Assembly: GCA_013239625.1 (NCBI GenBank)
Contig: MU054187.1
Span: 995,587 to 1,059,586 of the forward strand
DNA from: Lama guanicoe
Lineage: Eukaryota
DNA: 64,000 nt
Direction of reading: 5' to 3'
Shown: positions 61,401-64,000 of the stretch, piece by piece
Layout of the letters: each line of letters begins with the position of its first letter
Position numbering within the stretch: the first letter of the stretch is position 1
Notes under the pieces: model-generated
Databases searched by the model: none
The model's input: only the letters and a program-made list of their open reading frames with translations
Told to the model about the DNA's origin: nothing
Translations under genes and position numbers: made by a program

Positions 61401-62503
61401 GTAAACCTCCATGACTGTGCGTCAGGCAGTAGTTTCTTACTCACGACACCAGAGGTGAAAACAACAAAAGGGAAAAACAGATAAACTGGACATCATCAAA
61501 ATTAAGAACTGGTTGTCAAAGGGCACCATCAAAAAGTGAAAAACAATGCATAGAATGGGAGAATACGTTTTCAAATCACATATCTAATAAGGATCTGGTA
61601 GCAGAATGTAAAATATCTTACAACATAGCAATAAAAAGACAACCCAGCTTTAAAAATGGACAAAATATTATATAGATATATCTGTATCTCCAGAGTAAAC
61701 ACAGATGGGCAATAGCACCTGAAAAGATGCTTATCATCATTAATCATTAATCATTAAATAAATGCAAGTCAGAACCACAGCGAGACAGCACTTCACATCC
61801 ACAAGGATGGCTATGACCAGAGACAGGATAACAAGCGTTGGCTGTCATCAGAGACATCGCAACTCTGTACTTTGCTATTGAGAATGTGACCTGGTGGAAA
61901 CCATTCCACAAAGTTTAACGTGAAATTACCGTGAATTCCATGGAATTCCACTCCTAGTTATATATACAAGAGAAATGAAACATATGTCCACACAGAAAGT
62001 CGTACTGGAAAGTGAACAGCGGCGTTGCTCATATTCCCCCCAGATGTGGACACATCGTAAATGTTCATCATCTGATGAGTGGATACAGCACTCTGCCTAT
62101 GGTGCCTCCATGCAATGGAGTAACGTTCAGCAGGGTGACAGAGTGGAGTACCGACACATCCTACAGCACTGATGACACGTGAAAACATGATGGTAGCTGA
62201 AAAAAGGCAGTCACCTGAGGGCACGTATTGTGTGGTCCTTTTTATTTTAAGTATCCAAAACAGGTTAAGTACTTAGAGACAGAAAGTAAATTAGTAGCAG
62301 ATAAGGCTGGATCTCGGAAGAGGGTGAGGGAAAAGCAGCAAAGAGGAATGTCTGCTAATGGGTGTTGGGTTCTTTTCGGCTGAAAGTCTTAAAATTAGTT
62401 CGTGATGATGGTTGCACAGCCCTGTGAATATACTAAAAAGGCTGGAGTGAATTCTGCAAATGAGTAAATTTTATGGCATGTGAAATATGGCTCAATAAAG
62501 CTG
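58460..62503 (+). mobile_element. Long, degenerate, internally deleted old L1 (ORF1 remnant, ORF2 remnants, 3'UTR)
   Basis: A-rich strand with ORF1-like cagatttgagcaagcagaaaaaagaatcagggaactcgaaga and ORF2-like gttggagattcaatac, caagctacagtaataaaga and aaaatcaactcaaaatgga. It ends in gtgaaatatggctcaataaagc. No intact ORFs; the 5' boundary is uncertain. Confidence 0.85.
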
Positions 62504-63219
62504 GAGAAGAAGTTTCCATTGTCTTCCTGATAGATTTAAGGAAAATTATGAAAGTCTCTTACTTGATAAGATGCCCAGTCCTCAGAGAAAGTGGTTGTGA
62601 GGGACAAATGGGTGTGCAGAGGTGAGTGACAGGTGTGATGTACTTTCAGAAGGAGGAAGGACAGTTCTAGGTAATACTTACGCGCAAAAGCCTGAGGACT
62701 ACAAAAGGCCTTGTGTGAAATTTCACCAGAACTGAACCTACTTGAGAGACTGGCTCTGATAAGTCCTCATGATTCCAGAGTTGATTTTCAGGGCAAAGAC
62801 TGTGAATCATGTCCAAAGCTCCCAGTCTGGTAGTGCTCTTCCAGCTGCCTGCCTTAGTTCTGTCTACACTGTTACTGTTTCTCACCACCTTTATTTGAAG
62901 CCTGTCATTTTTACCCTTTTTTGCCATCCCTTTGTCAAAACTGGTGCAGTCTGGTTATCCTGTCCAGCTTCTAGGCTTGTCTTAGTCTCTCCCACTAATA
63001 GCACGCGTGTGGTCAGTGGCCCATTTCTTCAAGTCCCTGTCAGATGGGAATATTTAATTGGATAAACACATTTCTCCAATGGAGTTAATGAAACTAAACG
63101 GCTCTTTTTAGGTACAGTTGGCACGGGGACTCCAGAGACTACACAGGCCTGGAGAGCCAGGCCTCAGCCACGGTGCTGGTGAGTCCAAGGCTCCATGACC
63201 GGCAGCGACGCTGGCCAAG

Positions 63220-64000
63220 CAGCTCTGTGTGCTAGACACTGTGTGTTGGACACTGTGTGTGTGCTGGGTTAGAAGAGGGCCAGAGCATAGTCACGTCAAT
63301 AGAGCTTCATTCTGGTGAGCAAAACAGCACCAGGAAAATTCGTAGACCACAGCAAGGAGCTTCGTAATGCAAAGAGCACAGTGGGGGCAGACCAGAGACC
63401 AGGACTGTGACGTCCTTGTGTGTCACATTCAGCAAGATGCAGCCTTGAGGGACTCAGGAAAGGGGAGTAAACCTAGTGGCTGAGATCATACAACCCCTGA
63501 GCCTGCGGTGCGGAGCAATGAGACGATGATGCTGGCAACACTGGTAGAAATTTGTACAGTGTGCTTGAGGTTTCAAGGGGTAAAATACCCTATTACGTCT
63601 TGAGATGTGCTGGAGAAAGGCTCAGGACCAGCTTAACCAAGGCAGCTGGGCTGGAGTCCAATGTTGCCATAGGAAATCTTGCCGATAGTCTAGAAGTATG
63701 GGGCAAAGCGATTGTTATCAAAGCCCGGGAAGCCACAGGGACTAAAACGAGGCAGATTATTAGACAAGCCATGAGAGCCGCAGGTCCACTCTGCACTGAT
63801 GGTCTCCTCTGTGGAAGCTTGTGGCTTGGTCAGTGTTTTACGTATGGAATTAAATTGGATGGAACTGGATTTCATTAAGTGGAATGGATTACTTGTAGCC
63901 TGCTTGGAAGCCTGAGGTTGGTTTGTTTGTTTTCACTGTTCATCGTCTGTGTTTTCGGGAAGAGTTCTGGGGCTAGAGCATATATAGAGTTTAGAAAGGT
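63220..64000 (-). mobile_element. LINE-2 fragment
   Basis: ctgtgtgctagacactgtg…agagcttcattctggtgag… followed by degenerate purine-rich L2-antisense sequence. Confidence 0.45.

Noticed and set aside
58460..62503. Long L1 as a potentially active or exapted element
   Set aside because: No long ORF on the L1 strand, large internal deletions and heavy divergence.

Overview
Mammalian non-coding DNA, probably from a camelid or other cetartiodactyl. This is inferred from the L1 3'-end types and from finding no Alu, Bov-A/BovB or PRE-1 SINE. I find no credible protein-coding exon; the long ORFs are GC-rich or repeat artefacts. There are two CpG-island promoters. Island 1 (about 1-2400) looks bidirectional, with a minus-strand non-coding first exon leaving the window to the left. 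Island 2 (about 41800-44900, two assembly gaps) has a tandem GC-box array, an ATG-free plus-strand first exon containing a 26-bp hairpin VNTR, and several candidate 5'-UTR exons downstream. The rest is old interspersed repeats (L1, L2, MIR, Tigger2/MER2, MER103, MLT1/MLT2, MER21/77-like), microsatellites and minisatellites. Repeat family names come from remembered consensus sequences and their boundaries are approximate. I see no novel multi-gene system. The most interesting signals are regulatory or mutational: promoter VNTRs, a seven-half-site DR2 nuclear-receptor array, canonical and split REST/RE1 sites, a 51-bp templated copy of an LTR segment, and a template-switch palindrome.
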